Shown here piece by piece: positions 1-9,521 of a stretch of 51,901 bases of DNA. This DNA is from an uncultured Erysipelotrichaceae bacterium. GTDB taxonomy: Bacteria; Bacillota_I; Bacilli_A; RF39; UBA660. A program made the translations under genes and the position numbers. The notes below the pieces were generated by a model that did no database searches, was not told where the DNA came from, and saw only the letters and a list, made by a program, of their open reading frames with translations. Each line of letters opens with the position of its first letter. The first letter of the stretch is position 1. The stretch is from the NCBI GenBank assembly GCA_902767365.1, contig CACXGX010000026.1, forward strand, positions 1 through 51,901. Reading direction: 5' to 3'.

Positions 1-1
1 A

Positions 2-460
2 AAATTATGTCTTACAATAAGTGCATATCCTATAGGTGATTTTGATTTTGAAAACTATGATTTTATTTTTGGAAATAAGTGGACTGAATATGTTGATTCT
101 AATTTAAATGAACATTTTATTTATAGTGATACTGAGAATGAGGTATTATATACTAAAGATGCGGATAATGGTTTATATCTAGATACTATTACTTTTGTCC
201 CTGCTAATTATTTTAGTTGTTATGAAAATTTTACTAAGGATGTGTTGTCAATATTGAATGGGAGAGATATTTCAGAGTTGAGTGAAGAAGAAGTATCTCA
301 AGTAGAAGCTATTATTTCATCTGATGAATTTGCTGCTAAACGTGATGCATGTTATGAAATTTTGGAAGATACTCAAGTAGTAAATAAAAATGAGCTTATT
401 AAACCAAGCAAAAATGGTTGCTATGTATTGACAAGAAGTATTAACAACAATGATAATTGA
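2..460 (+). CDS. hypothetical protein, 3' fragment (ORF open to the window edge)
   Basis: The frame of the 242..460 track ORF stays open back to nt 2 (KLCLTISAYPIGDFDFENY...), with the TGA stop at 458-460. No recognisable motif. A terminator hairpin follows. Confidence 0.5.
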   Translation, partial: KLCLTISAYPIGDFDFENYDFIFGNKWTEYVDSNLNEHFIYSDTENEVLYTKDADNGLYLDTITFVPANYFSCYENFTKDVLSILNGRDISELSEEEVSQVEAIISSDEFAAKRDACYEILEDTQVVNKNELIKPSKNGCYVLTRSINNNDN

Positions 461-471
461 TAGTACTGATT

Positions 472-497
472 AAAAGAGATTTATTCTCTTTTTTTTC
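472..497 (+). terminator. rho-independent terminator
   Basis: aaaagaga/tctctttt stem around a 5-nt loop, followed by a T-run. Confidence 0.65.
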
Positions 498-559
498 TTT
501 TATATATTGTATTTATTAATTTATTATTGTAAAATAATGTTGTCTTTGCAAGAAGAGTA

Positions 560-735
560 ATATTTGTTTTGTTTTTAGAGAGAGTATGTTTGGTGAAAAT
601 ACTTAATAAAAAGGATATGAAGACACTTGCTTTATGAAAGAATCGCTTGAAGCGTTATAACTGGTAAGCATAATTTGTTTATGGAATTAAGGTGGCACCA
701 CGGGGAAACTCGTCCTTTAGATGCTGCCTTTTTAT
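560..735 (+). promoter_or_regulatory. T-box leader (tRNA-sensing riboswitch) of the hisS-aspS operon
   Basis: Stem I elements AGAGAG and GGTGAAA are present. The specifier-like segment is GAAGACACT at ~619-627. The canonical T-box sequence AATTAAGGTGGCACCACGGGG lies at ~685-705, followed by a T-run just before the hisS SD. Confidence 0.85.
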
Positions 736-751
736 TATTTAAGGAGGATTT

Positions 752-2143
752 ATGATAAGTAAGCAGAAAGGTTGTCTTGATTTATATGGAACAACTGCTA
801 AAAAATGGCAGTATGTTAATAAAGTTATTGATTCTTTAATGGAAAAATATAATTATAATTTTATTCGTACGCCAATTTTTGAAGCAAGTGAACTATTCCA
901 TAGAGGTATGGGGGAAACTACTGATGTAGTTACGAAGGAAACTTATGATTTTGTTGATAGAGGAGACAGAAAAATCTCATTAAGACCTGAAGGAACTGCT
1001 GGTATTGTTAGAAGTTATATTGAAAATAAGATGTATGGGGATCCTAGTCAGCCGATTAAAGTTTTTTATAATGGAACTATGTATCGCTATGAAAGACCTC
1101 AGTCAGGAAGAGATAGAGAATTTACACAATTTGGTGTTGAGGTATTGGGAAGTGATGATCCTCTTGTTGATGCAGAGGTAATATCTATACCTGTTATGTT
1201 ATTACAAATACTTGGATTAAAAGGCGTTAAAGTTAAAATTAATACTTTAGGAGATAAGGAATCTCGTGATAATTATAGAAATGCTTTAATAGATTATTTT
1301 AAACCACATATTAAAGAATTATGTGAAGATTGTAATGAAAGACTTTTAAAAAATCCTTTAAGAATATTAGATTGTAAAGTCGATAAAGATAATAATATTC
1401 TTAAGAATGCTCCTAAAACTATTGATTATTTGAATGAATCAAGTAAAAAAAGATTTGAGAGTGTAAAAGAGTATTTAGATGAACTTGAAATAGAATATGA
1501 AGTTGATTCTAAAATAGTTAGAGGTCTTGATTATTATAATCATACGGTGTTTGAAATAGAAGCAAGTGTTGAAGGATTTGGCTCAAATAATGTTCTTGCT
1601 GGTGGAGGGAGATATAATGGCCTTGTTGATTCTTTAGATGGACCAGAAACAGCTTGTATAGGTTTTGCCTGTGGATTAGGTAGAATAATACAAGCATTAG
1701 ATTTAGAAAATGTTAAACTTCCAATAATAGATGATCTAGAAATTTTTGTAATGTATGTTTCTGATACTGAAAAAAAATATGCTGCAAGTTTAGTTCATTA
1801 TTTAAGAGCTAATGGATTTAGAGTTGATACAGAATATAATGGTAGGGGATTAAAAGCCCAATTTAAACAAGCTGATAGACTAAATAGTAGATATTTAATA
1901 TTATTAAATGATGAAGATTTAAAGAATGATGAAATTAAAATTAAAAATAATAAAACTAAAGAAGAAGAGTTAATAAGTGTTGACTATTTGTTATATTATC
2001 TTGATGAAAAATTAAGTGATGAAGATTTAGATTTTTCAGATATAGAAGAACATCATTGTTGTGGGCATCATGGAGAAGAACATGAATGTTGTGGAAATCA
2101 TGAAAATGGTTACCATTGTTGTCATCATGAAGAGGAGGAGTAA
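752..2143 (+). CDS. hisS: histidine--tRNA ligase with a C-terminal His/Cys-rich tail
   Basis: Class II aaRS motifs are present (RPEGTAG, YRYERPQSGRDREFTQFG, AGGGRYNGL), with an SD AAGGAGG upstream. The last ~32 aa read EEHHCCGHHGEEHECCGNHENGYHCCHHEEEE. Confidence 0.97.
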   Translation: MISKQKGCLDLYGTTAKKWQYVNKVIDSLMEKYNYNFIRTPIFEASELFHRGMGETTDVVTKETYDFVDRGDRKISLRPEGTAGIVRSYIENKMYGDPSQPIKVFYNGTMYRYERPQSGRDREFTQFGVEVLGSDDPLVDAEVISIPVMLLQILGLKGVKVKINTLGDKESRDNYRNALIDYFKPHIKELCEDCNERLLKNPLRILDCKVDKDNNILKNAPKTIDYLNESSKKRFESVKEYLDELEIEYEVDSKIVRGLDYYNHTVFEIEASVEGFGSNNVLAGGGRYNGLVDSLDGPETACIGFACGLGRIIQALDLENVKLPIIDDLEIFVMYVSDTEKKYAASLVHYLRANGFRVDTEYNGRGLKAQFKQADRLNSRYLILLNDEDLKNDEIKIKNNKTKEEELISVDYLLYYLDEKLSDEDLDFSDIEEHHCCGHHGEEHECCGNHENGYHCCHHEEEE

Positions 2144-2145
2144 AA

Positions 2146-3888
2146 ATGAAAAAATTTAATAATGCTGATTTTAATATTGATAATATTGGACAAAATGTAG
2201 AATTATATGGATGGGTTCAAAAGAAAAGAGATTTGGGTGGACTTGTATTCATTGATTTAAGAGATAGATCTGGAATAATTCAGTTAGTTATAAGACCTGA
2301 TAGTGAATACTATGATTTGGCAACATCTTTAAAAAGTGAATCTGTTATTAAAGTAGTTGGAGAAATAAGTGAAAGAGAAAATAAAAATTATAAAATTCCA
2401 ACAGGAGAAATTGAAGTAATAGTTAGTTATTTAGAATTAATAAATCAATCAATTGATATACCTTTTGAAATTAGTGATAATACTACTGCTCTTGAAGATA
2501 CAAGACTTAAGTATCGTTATTTAGATTTAAGACGCGAATCATTAAAAAATAATTTGATATTGCGTCATAGAGTTTGTATGATTGCTAGAAATTACTTATC
2601 AAATAATGGGTTTATTGAAGTAGAAACACCTATTTTGTGTGTTCCTACTCCAGAAGGAGCAAGAGATTATTTAGTACCTTCTAGAGTAAATAATGGTCAC
2701 TTTTATGCTTTGCCTCAATCTCCACAAATATTTAAACAGTTGTTAATGATTGGTGGAATGGAGAAATACTTTCAAATAGCAAGGTGTTTTAGAGATGAAG
2801 ATTTACGTGCAGATAGACAACCTGAATTTACTCAGATAGATATAGAACAAAGTTTTTCAAATGAGGAAGATATTTGGGCAACAACTGAAGGATTAATGAA
2901 AGAAATCTTTAAAGAGATTAAAAATGTTGATTTGGAGGCTTTTCCAAGGCTAACTTATAACGAATGTATTGACAGATTTGGTAGTGATAAACCAGATACT
3001 AGATATGGTATGGAAATACAAGATATAACAGATATATTTAGCCATACATTTTTTGAAATTTTTAGTAAAGTGATTAGTGATGGTGGAATAATTAATGCCA
3101 TTGTATTAAAAGGTCTTGCTCAAACTATATCAAGAAAAGATGTTGATAAATTAACAGATGTTGTAAAGGTATTTAAAGCTAAAGCATTATCATATTTAAA
3201 ATATTCTAATAAAGAATTAAGTGGCTCAATTGTTAAAATAATTAGTGATGATGAGAAAAAAGCATTGATTGAACAATTGAAACTTGAAGAAAATGATATG
3301 GTTTTTATTGTTGCAGATAAGAAAAAAGTTGTTAAGTCATCTCTTGGGGCTTTAAGAATTAAATTGGCTCGTGATTATCATTTAATACCTGAAGATAAAT
3401 ATAATTTCTTATGGGTTACTGATTTTCCAATGTTTGAATATTCTGAAGAAGAACAAAGGTTTGTTGCAGCCCATCATCCATTTACTTCTCCTAGAAAAGA
3501 AGACTTAGATAAACTTTTAACTGATAAAGAAAATTGCTATTCAAGGGCATATGACCTTGTTTTGAATGGTTATGAGTTATTAAGTGGATCAGTTAGAATA
3601 CATGATAGTGAAACTCAATCAAAAGTTTTTAAAGCAATAGATATGACAGAAGAAGAAGCTAAAGCAAAATTTGGATTTTTCTTAGAAGCTTTTAAATATG
3701 GGGCACCACCTCATTGTGGAGTTGGTATTGGACTTGAAAGACTTGTTATGATTTTGTGTGATACTGAAAACATAAGAGATGTAGTTGCATTTCCTAAAAC
3801 AGCTAGCGCTCAAGATTTAATGAATGAAGCTCCAGGACTAGTTAGTGAAAAACAATTGAATGAATTGGGAATTAAATTGAAAGATTAA
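2146..3888 (+). CDS. aspS: aspartate--tRNA ligase
   Basis: Motifs FIDLRDRSG, LPQSPQIFKQ, RCFRDEDLRADRQPEFTQID, GSVRIH and GIGLERL. The start lies 2 nt after the hisS stop, and its SD is formed by the hisS GAGGAGGAG Glu codons. Confidence 0.97.
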   Translation: MKKFNNADFNIDNIGQNVELYGWVQKKRDLGGLVFIDLRDRSGIIQLVIRPDSEYYDLATSLKSESVIKVVGEISERENKNYKIPTGEIEVIVSYLELINQSIDIPFEISDNTTALEDTRLKYRYLDLRRESLKNNLILRHRVCMIARNYLSNNGFIEVETPILCVPTPEGARDYLVPSRVNNGHFYALPQSPQIFKQLLMIGGMEKYFQIARCFRDEDLRADRQPEFTQIDIEQSFSNEEDIWATTEGLMKEIFKEIKNVDLEAFPRLTYNECIDRFGSDKPDTRYGMEIQDITDIFSHTFFEIFSKVISDGGIINAIVLKGLAQTISRKDVDKLTDVVKVFKAKALSYLKYSNKELSGSIVKIISDDEKKALIEQLKLEENDMVFIVADKKKVVKSSLGALRIKLARDYHLIPEDKYNFLWVTDFPMFEYSEEEQRFVAAHHPFTSPRKEDLDKLLTDKENCYSRAYDLVLNGYELLSGSVRIHDSETQSKVFKAIDMTEEEAKAKFGFFLEAFKYGAPPHCGVGIGLERLVMILCDTENIRDVVAFPKTASAQDLMNEAPGLVSEKQLNELGIKLKD

Positions 3889-4628
3889 TTAAAAAATTCT
3901 AATATAATTCTTATAATATAAAAGGGATACTCTAAATAAACAAAGTGTGTTCCTTTTTTTATTATTATTAATCCTGAATTAGGTATTTTCTTGTTCATGT
4001 ATTTTCCATCTTTTAGAGGTGTTTCATAATCATTTTCTCCCCATAATAATATACATGGACAGTAGATATACTTTAAATATTTCCTTAAATCTTCATTTAC
4101 TATATTAGAAAATGTTTTTCTCATATTATTACTAATATTTTTATAATCAGGAGATGCATATTTATTAAATAATTTTTCTAAATATTTTTCTTTTTTCTTT
4201 TTAGGAATAAAAATACTTAATCTTTTTAAAATCTTGTATTTAATTTCTTTAACTTTTCTTTTTATATTTTTTCTTCTTATACCAGCTCCTCCAATAATTA
4301 CTAATTTATTAACTAAAACTCTATATTTTGCAATTAATAAAAGAGAAATTCGACATCCAAAGGAATGACAAATAATATTTGGATTTTTTATATTGTTTTC
4401 TTTTAAAAAATTATTAATATAGTTGGCATAATCATTTAAAAATAGGCTTCTTTTAGGAAAAATACTTTTCCCAAAACCTGGATAATCAAATATGTAAATA
4501 GTGTATTTTTCTTTTAATGCATTAATATAAAAGTCAAATGTAGATCGATTATCTCCCCATCCTGGCAAGATAATTATTGTTTTGTCTTTATTACCATATT
4601 TTTCATAATAAAAATTTTTTTTATTCAT
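3885..4628 (-). CDS. alpha/beta-fold hydrolase
   Basis: IIILPGWGD, FDYPGFGKS and the nucleophile elbow CHSFGC (GxSxG-like). It converges on aspS with a 4-nt overlap. Confidence 0.8.
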   Translation of the reverse strand: MNKKNFYYEKYGNKDKTIIILPGWGDNRSTFDFYINALKEKYTIYIFDYPGFGKSIFPKRSLFLNDYANYINNFLKENNIKNPNIICHSFGCRISLLLIAKYRVLVNKLVIIGGAGIRRKNIKRKVKEIKYKILKRLSIFIPKKKKEKYLEKLFNKYASPDYKNISNNMRKTFSNIVNEDLRKYLKYIYCPCILLWGENDYETPLKDGKYMNKKIPNSGLIIIKKGTHFVYLEYPFYIIRIILEFFN

Positions 4629-4738
4629 AATTCACCTAATGTAATTTATGAATAAACGTAAAATGTGTTATATCTTTATTCTTAATTAATTGTAAAAAAC
4701 TATTTGTTATACTATAATTAAAATAGGTGATAGTAGTT

Positions 4739-6154
4739 ATGAAAAAAACAAAAATTATTTGTAGTATTGGTCCTGCTAGTCAAAGTGTGGATGTAATGAG
4801 TGAAATGGTCAATAGTGGTATGAATGTTGCTAGAATTAATTTTTCTCATGGGGATTATCAAGAATACTTAAATATTTTAAATGCTGTTAAAGAAACAAGA
4901 TTAAGAACAGGAGTTAATGTAGGAGTATTATATGATACGAAAGGACCAGATTTTAGGTGTGGAGAAATAGTTCCTGAAGGGATAGAATTAGTAGCAGGTA
5001 ATTTGATTAGAATTTTAAAGAATAATGTTCTTGGTAATAGTAATGGATTTTCTGTAAATCATCCTGAAGCTATTGATAAGATAAATGTTGGTAATACTAT
5101 TTTACTTGAAGATGCTTTGATGAAATTGGAAGTTGTTTCTAAAGAATATGATGGGATTACTTGTAAAGTTATTGAAGGTGGAAATTTAAAATCTAAGAAA
5201 GGAATTGCTGTTCCTGGAGTTAAACTTAATTTGCCATTTATGAGTGAGCAAGATAGAAAAGATATCGAATATGCTTGTTTAAACGAAGGTGATTTTATTG
5301 CACTTTCGTTTGTAGAATCTAGAGATAATATTTTACAAGTTAAAGAAATATTGAGACAGTTTAATAGAGAAGATATGAAGATTATATCTAAAGTAGAGAG
5401 TAAAACAGGTGTTGATAATTTAGATGAAATTATTGATGAAAGTGATGGAATAATGGTAGCTCGTGGTGATTTGGGTGTTGAAGTTCCAGTTGAATATTTA
5501 CCTATTATTCAAAAAGATATGATTAGAAAATGTCGTGAAAAAGAAAAATTTGTAATTGTTGCTACGGAAATGCTAGCTTCTATGTATACATCTGCTAGAC
5601 CAACTAGAGCAGAAGTAACTGATATATCTAATGCAGTATTTGATGGAGCAGATGCAGTTATGCTAAGCGGTGAGTCAACAGTTGGAAAACATCCAATCGA
5701 AGCTGTTAAATATATGGCACGTATTTGTGAAGAGTCAGAAAAAAATAATATGTATTGTACTAAGTTTGAATATTCAATGGATAATGATGTTACTGAATCA
5801 ATTGCAAAAGCTGTTATTTCTTCTTCTGAAGCAATGGATATTAAGGCAATTATAGTCCCTACAAGTGGTGGCCATAGTCCTTCAGTAATTAGTAATTTGA
5901 GACCTAAACCTATTATTTTGGCTCCTTGTCCTAATGAAAAAGTTGCAAGACGTATGATGTTAAATTATGGAGTGTATCCAATAGTAACTCCTAATGTTAA
6001 AGATAATGATATGGATGATGCAGTAAGTCATGCTAAAAGAGAAGCAATTAATTTCTTAAATTTAAAAGAAAATGATAAGATTATTATTACTGGTGGAATA
6101 CATGAAAATAGAGCTATTAAGCAAACAAATTTTATGAAAATAGAAGAAATATAA
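4739..6154 (+). CDS. pyk: pyruvate kinase
   Basis: TKIICSIGPAS, ARINFSHG and MVARGDLGVE. I prefer the ATG at 4739 (MKKTKII, AGGTGA SD) over the track's GTG at 4727. Confidence 0.95.
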   Translation: MKKTKIICSIGPASQSVDVMSEMVNSGMNVARINFSHGDYQEYLNILNAVKETRLRTGVNVGVLYDTKGPDFRCGEIVPEGIELVAGNLIRILKNNVLGNSNGFSVNHPEAIDKINVGNTILLEDALMKLEVVSKEYDGITCKVIEGGNLKSKKGIAVPGVKLNLPFMSEQDRKDIEYACLNEGDFIALSFVESRDNILQVKEILRQFNREDMKIISKVESKTGVDNLDEIIDESDGIMVARGDLGVEVPVEYLPIIQKDMIRKCREKEKFVIVATEMLASMYTSARPTRAEVTDISNAVFDGADAVMLSGESTVGKHPIEAVKYMARICEESEKNNMYCTKFEYSMDNDVTESIAKAVISSSEAMDIKAIIVPTSGGHSPSVISNLRPKPIILAPCPNEKVARRMMLNYGVYPIVTPNVKDNDMDDAVSHAKREAINFLNLKENDKIIITGGIHENRAIKQTNFMKIEEI

Positions 6155-6260
6155 TAATTTTAATATTAGATTAGTAAAAAAATGTAAAATTAATTTTTTA
6201 GAAAAAATCTAAAAGAAAATGATAAAGTCTATACTATCAAAGGTATTTAAAAAAATTATA

Positions 6261-6290
6261 AAAAAGTCACTGTAAAAAAGTGTCTTTTTT
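6261..6290 (+). terminator. probable terminator after pyk
   Basis: aaaaagtcac ... gtgtcttttt imperfect hairpin (one mismatch) followed by a T-run. Confidence 0.5.
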
Positions 6291-6353
6291 ATTGTTTTTT
6301 TTTTACTACGTAGTTATAATAAAAAGCATATTTTTTGAGGAGGCGATACCATA

Positions 6354-8702
6354 ATGAAAAGTAATCTTCCAGTCCTTTTGTTAAAGAATATGGTTTTGTT
6401 TCCTTATAACGAAATTAGAATTGAATTTGACTCTAGTGAAGATAAAAAACTTATTTCATTAGTGGAATCGTGTTATGACAATAAATTATTAATTGTTAAT
6501 CCTAAAGATACTTTAGAAATTAGTCCAGAAATTGATGAATTACCTAATTATGGAATAGTTGGAAAAATAAAAATGAAACTAGAAATGCCAAATGGTAAAA
6601 CTAGAATTATTATTCTTGGTGAATCTCGTGTAAAAATATTTGCTTATTCGAAAGATGATGATATGTATGAGGCTTTGTATACTACTTTACCAAGGGAAGA
6701 GTTATCTCCAAAAGAAGAAATGGCATATGTTAGAGCATTAAATAAACATATAGATGTTTATGTTAAAGAAGTACCTTATATGTCTAATACTATTTTATCT
6801 CAAACTGCTGGAATAAATGATATAGATAAACTTACAGATATTGTTGTTTTATATCTTCCAATAAATTATGAAAGAAAGCAAGACTACTTAAAAGAAGTAT
6901 CTTCAACAATTCGTGTTAAGATGATTCTTGATGATATTAATAGTGATATTGAAATCTTAAAATTAGAACAAAATATTGAAATGAGTGTTGCTAATAGTTT
7001 AGAAGAAACTCAAAAAGAATTTGTATTGCGTGAAAAATTAAAAGTTATAAAGAAAGAACTTGGAGAGGAATCTCAAAGTGAAGTTGATATATTAAGAAAT
7101 AAAATAGAAGTTTTAGATTGCCCTAAAAAGGTAAAAGCAAAACTAAATCTTGAGCTTAGTAAATATGAAATGGCCAATTCAATTTCTCCAGAAACAGGAA
7201 TGATAAGAAATTATATTGATTGGTTGTTATCTCTTCCTTGGTCAAAAACAACAGAAGATAGAAAAGATTTAAACAAAGTACGTGAAATATTAGATAGTTC
7301 ACATTATGGGCTTGATAATGTTAAAGATAGAGTAATAGAATATCTTGCAGTTAAGCAAAATACGAATAATTCAAGGAGTCCTATTATTTGTTTAGTTGGG
7401 CCTCCAGGTGTAGGTAAGACTACTTTTGCTAAAAATATAGCTAAAAGTTTAAATAGAAAAGTTACTAAAATTTCAGTTGGTGGAATTAATGATGAAGCTG
7501 AAATTATAGGACATAGAAGAGCATATGTTGGAGCAGCTCCAGGACTTATTATTCAAGGAATGAAAAAGGCTGGAACAAAAAATCCTGTGTTTATAATTGA
7601 TGAAATTGATAAGATGACAAAAGATATTAAGGGAGATCCAGCTTCAAGTTTATTAGAGGTACTAGATAAAGAACAAAATAAATATTTTACTGATCATTAT
7701 ATAGAAGAAGAATTTGATTTGTCTAGTGTTATGTTTGTTGCAACTGCTAATTATTTATCACAAATACCTGAAGAGTTAAGAGACAGGCTTGAAATAATTG
7801 AATTGTCTTCTTATACTGAATATGAAAAATTAGATATTGCAAAACGTCATTTGATTAAAGATCAAAAAGTAGAACATGGACTGAAAGAAAATGATGTAGA
7901 ATTTCCTGATGAAACAATTCTTACTCTTATTAGAAATTATACGAAAGAGTCTGGTGTTAGAGAATTAGATAGGTTAATTGCTACTATTTTAAGAAAAATA
8001 GTAAAGAAGATTATTGTTGATAAGACTAAGAAAGGTTACGTTATTAATCCAGAAGACTTAGAAGAATATTTAGGTATTAAAAAGTATTTATATAATGATA
8101 ATTTAGAAGAAGATAGAATAGGTATTGTAAATGGACTTGCTTATACAATTTATGGTGGGGATATTTTACCAATAGAAGTTACTTCATTTAAAGGAAAAGA
8201 AGAACTTGTTTTAACCGGTTCTCTTGGCGAAGTTATGCAAGAATCTGCTAAAATTGCTCTTGATTACATTAAATCTAATAGTGAATTATTTGGAATTAAT
8301 ATATCTTCTTTTAATGATAAAACAATACATATACATATTCCTGAAGGAGCAATTCAAAAAGAAGGACCTTCTGCAGGAGTAGCTCTTACAACGGCTTTAT
8401 TAAGTTTGTTTATTAATCTTCCAGTTTCGTCTAAAATAAGTATGACTGGTGAAATTACTTTAACTGGTAGAATACTACCTATTGGTGGCTTAAAAGAAAA
8501 AGTGATTGGAGCTTATAGAGCAAGGGTAAATAAAATATTTATTCCTAGAGAAAATGAAAAGGATTTAAAGGATATACCACAAAATATTAGAGATAAAATA
8601 GATTTTATTTTAGTAGACAATTATAACGAAATATTTAATGAATTAGGAGGAAAGAAACATGAAAGTAAAGGAATTAATAGAAAATCTAGAGTTAGAAAAT
8701 GA
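6354..8702 (+). CDS. lon: ATP-dependent Lon protease
   Basis: A Lon N-domain, Walker A GPPGVGKT, FIIDEIDK, and the catalytic-Ser motif KEGPSAGVALTTAL with a downstream K. SD GAGGAGG upstream. Confidence 0.97.
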   Translation: MKSNLPVLLLKNMVLFPYNEIRIEFDSSEDKKLISLVESCYDNKLLIVNPKDTLEISPEIDELPNYGIVGKIKMKLEMPNGKTRIIILGESRVKIFAYSKDDDMYEALYTTLPREELSPKEEMAYVRALNKHIDVYVKEVPYMSNTILSQTAGINDIDKLTDIVVLYLPINYERKQDYLKEVSSTIRVKMILDDINSDIEILKLEQNIEMSVANSLEETQKEFVLREKLKVIKKELGEESQSEVDILRNKIEVLDCPKKVKAKLNLELSKYEMANSISPETGMIRNYIDWLLSLPWSKTTEDRKDLNKVREILDSSHYGLDNVKDRVIEYLAVKQNTNNSRSPIICLVGPPGVGKTTFAKNIAKSLNRKVTKISVGGINDEAEIIGHRRAYVGAAPGLIIQGMKKAGTKNPVFIIDEIDKMTKDIKGDPASSLLEVLDKEQNKYFTDHYIEEEFDLSSVMFVATANYLSQIPEELRDRLEIIELSSYTEYEKLDIAKRHLIKDQKVEHGLKENDVEFPDETILTLIRNYTKESGVRELDRLIATILRKIVKKIIVDKTKKGYVINPEDLEEYLGIKKYLYNDNLEEDRIGIVNGLAYTIYGGDILPIEVTSFKGKEELVLTGSLGEVMQESAKIALDYIKSNSELFGINISSFNDKTIHIHIPEGAIQKEGPSAGVALTTALLSLFINLPVSSKISMTGEITLTGRILPIGGLKEKVIGAYRARVNKIFIPRENEKDLKDIPQNIRDKIDFILVDNYNEIFNELGGKKHESKGINRKSRVRK

Positions 8703-9486
8703 TTTAAATCTTTTGACTTTAGATAAACTTAAAGAAAAATATTTAATAAGTGGAGAAAGTTACTCTTATTTCATTGAAAGATATTGTAATTTATTCTTAA
8801 ATAATCCAGAATTTCAATCTAGAACAATTCCTTCATTTTCTAACGTTAGAGGAATGATTGAACAAGGGAATAGAATGTATCCAACTCCAGAAAATGCTCA
8901 CGCTAGAAATGAAATCTCTGAAAAAATGAACTCTATAAAATTTAATGATCAATTAAATAATCCAGAAAAAGCTAGAATAGAATTTTTATCTTTAGTTAGG
9001 GCTAAAGATAATGGATTACCTGGTTATTATGAATCTGTGGTAGACAGGGCGTGTACTGCTTCAAAATTGTATGAATCATGTGATGATTCGATATGCGATT
9101 TCATGAGTACTATTTATGTTCAATTAGATGGAGTTAAAAGTGAAGATGATTTGAAAAAAATTGTTAATGATTATATTGAAACTCATGATTTAATGAAGTT
9201 GTGTAATAATTTAGGATATTTGTATTTTGTCAATTATGTTTTAAGTAGATTACATCCTTTAGAAATTAGCCCAAAATTTGTAAGAGATTGTGAAGATGTT
9301 ATAGAAGTAAATAAAATTTTGAATGAAATTGGTTATCCTACAAGAAGAACATATGCAGTTTTGGCTAATGAAACAAAAAAATATATAGATAAATATTATA
9401 GGGATTATAAATCATGTAAAAGCAAAGCAGTACAAGAAGATGTACAAAAAAAAGTAATATCATTTACTTCTTCTGGTAATAAGTGA
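8659..9486 (+). CDS. hypothetical protein
   Basis: A 275-aa ORF with a strong SD (AGGAGGAAAGAAACATG). It overlaps the 3' end of lon by 44 nt. No motif recognised. Confidence 0.6.
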   Translation: MKVKELIENLELENDLNLLTLDKLKEKYLISGESYSYFIERYCNLFLNNPEFQSRTIPSFSNVRGMIEQGNRMYPTPENAHARNEISEKMNSIKFNDQLNNPEKARIEFLSLVRAKDNGLPGYYESVVDRACTASKLYESCDDSICDFMSTIYVQLDGVKSEDDLKKIVNDYIETHDLMKLCNNLGYLYFVNYVLSRLHPLEISPKFVRDCEDVIEVNKILNEIGYPTRRTYAVLANETKKYIDKYYRDYKSCKSKAVQEDVQKKVISFTSSGNK

Positions 9487-9521
9487 TATAATATCCTCGT
9501 ATAGAATATAGAGGTGTTTAT

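Noticed and set aside
6155-6353. Heat-shock operator (CIRCE or CtsR box) upstream of lon.
   Set aside because: I could find no TTAGCACTC-N9-GAGTGCTAA or GGTCAAA direct repeat in the intergenic region.
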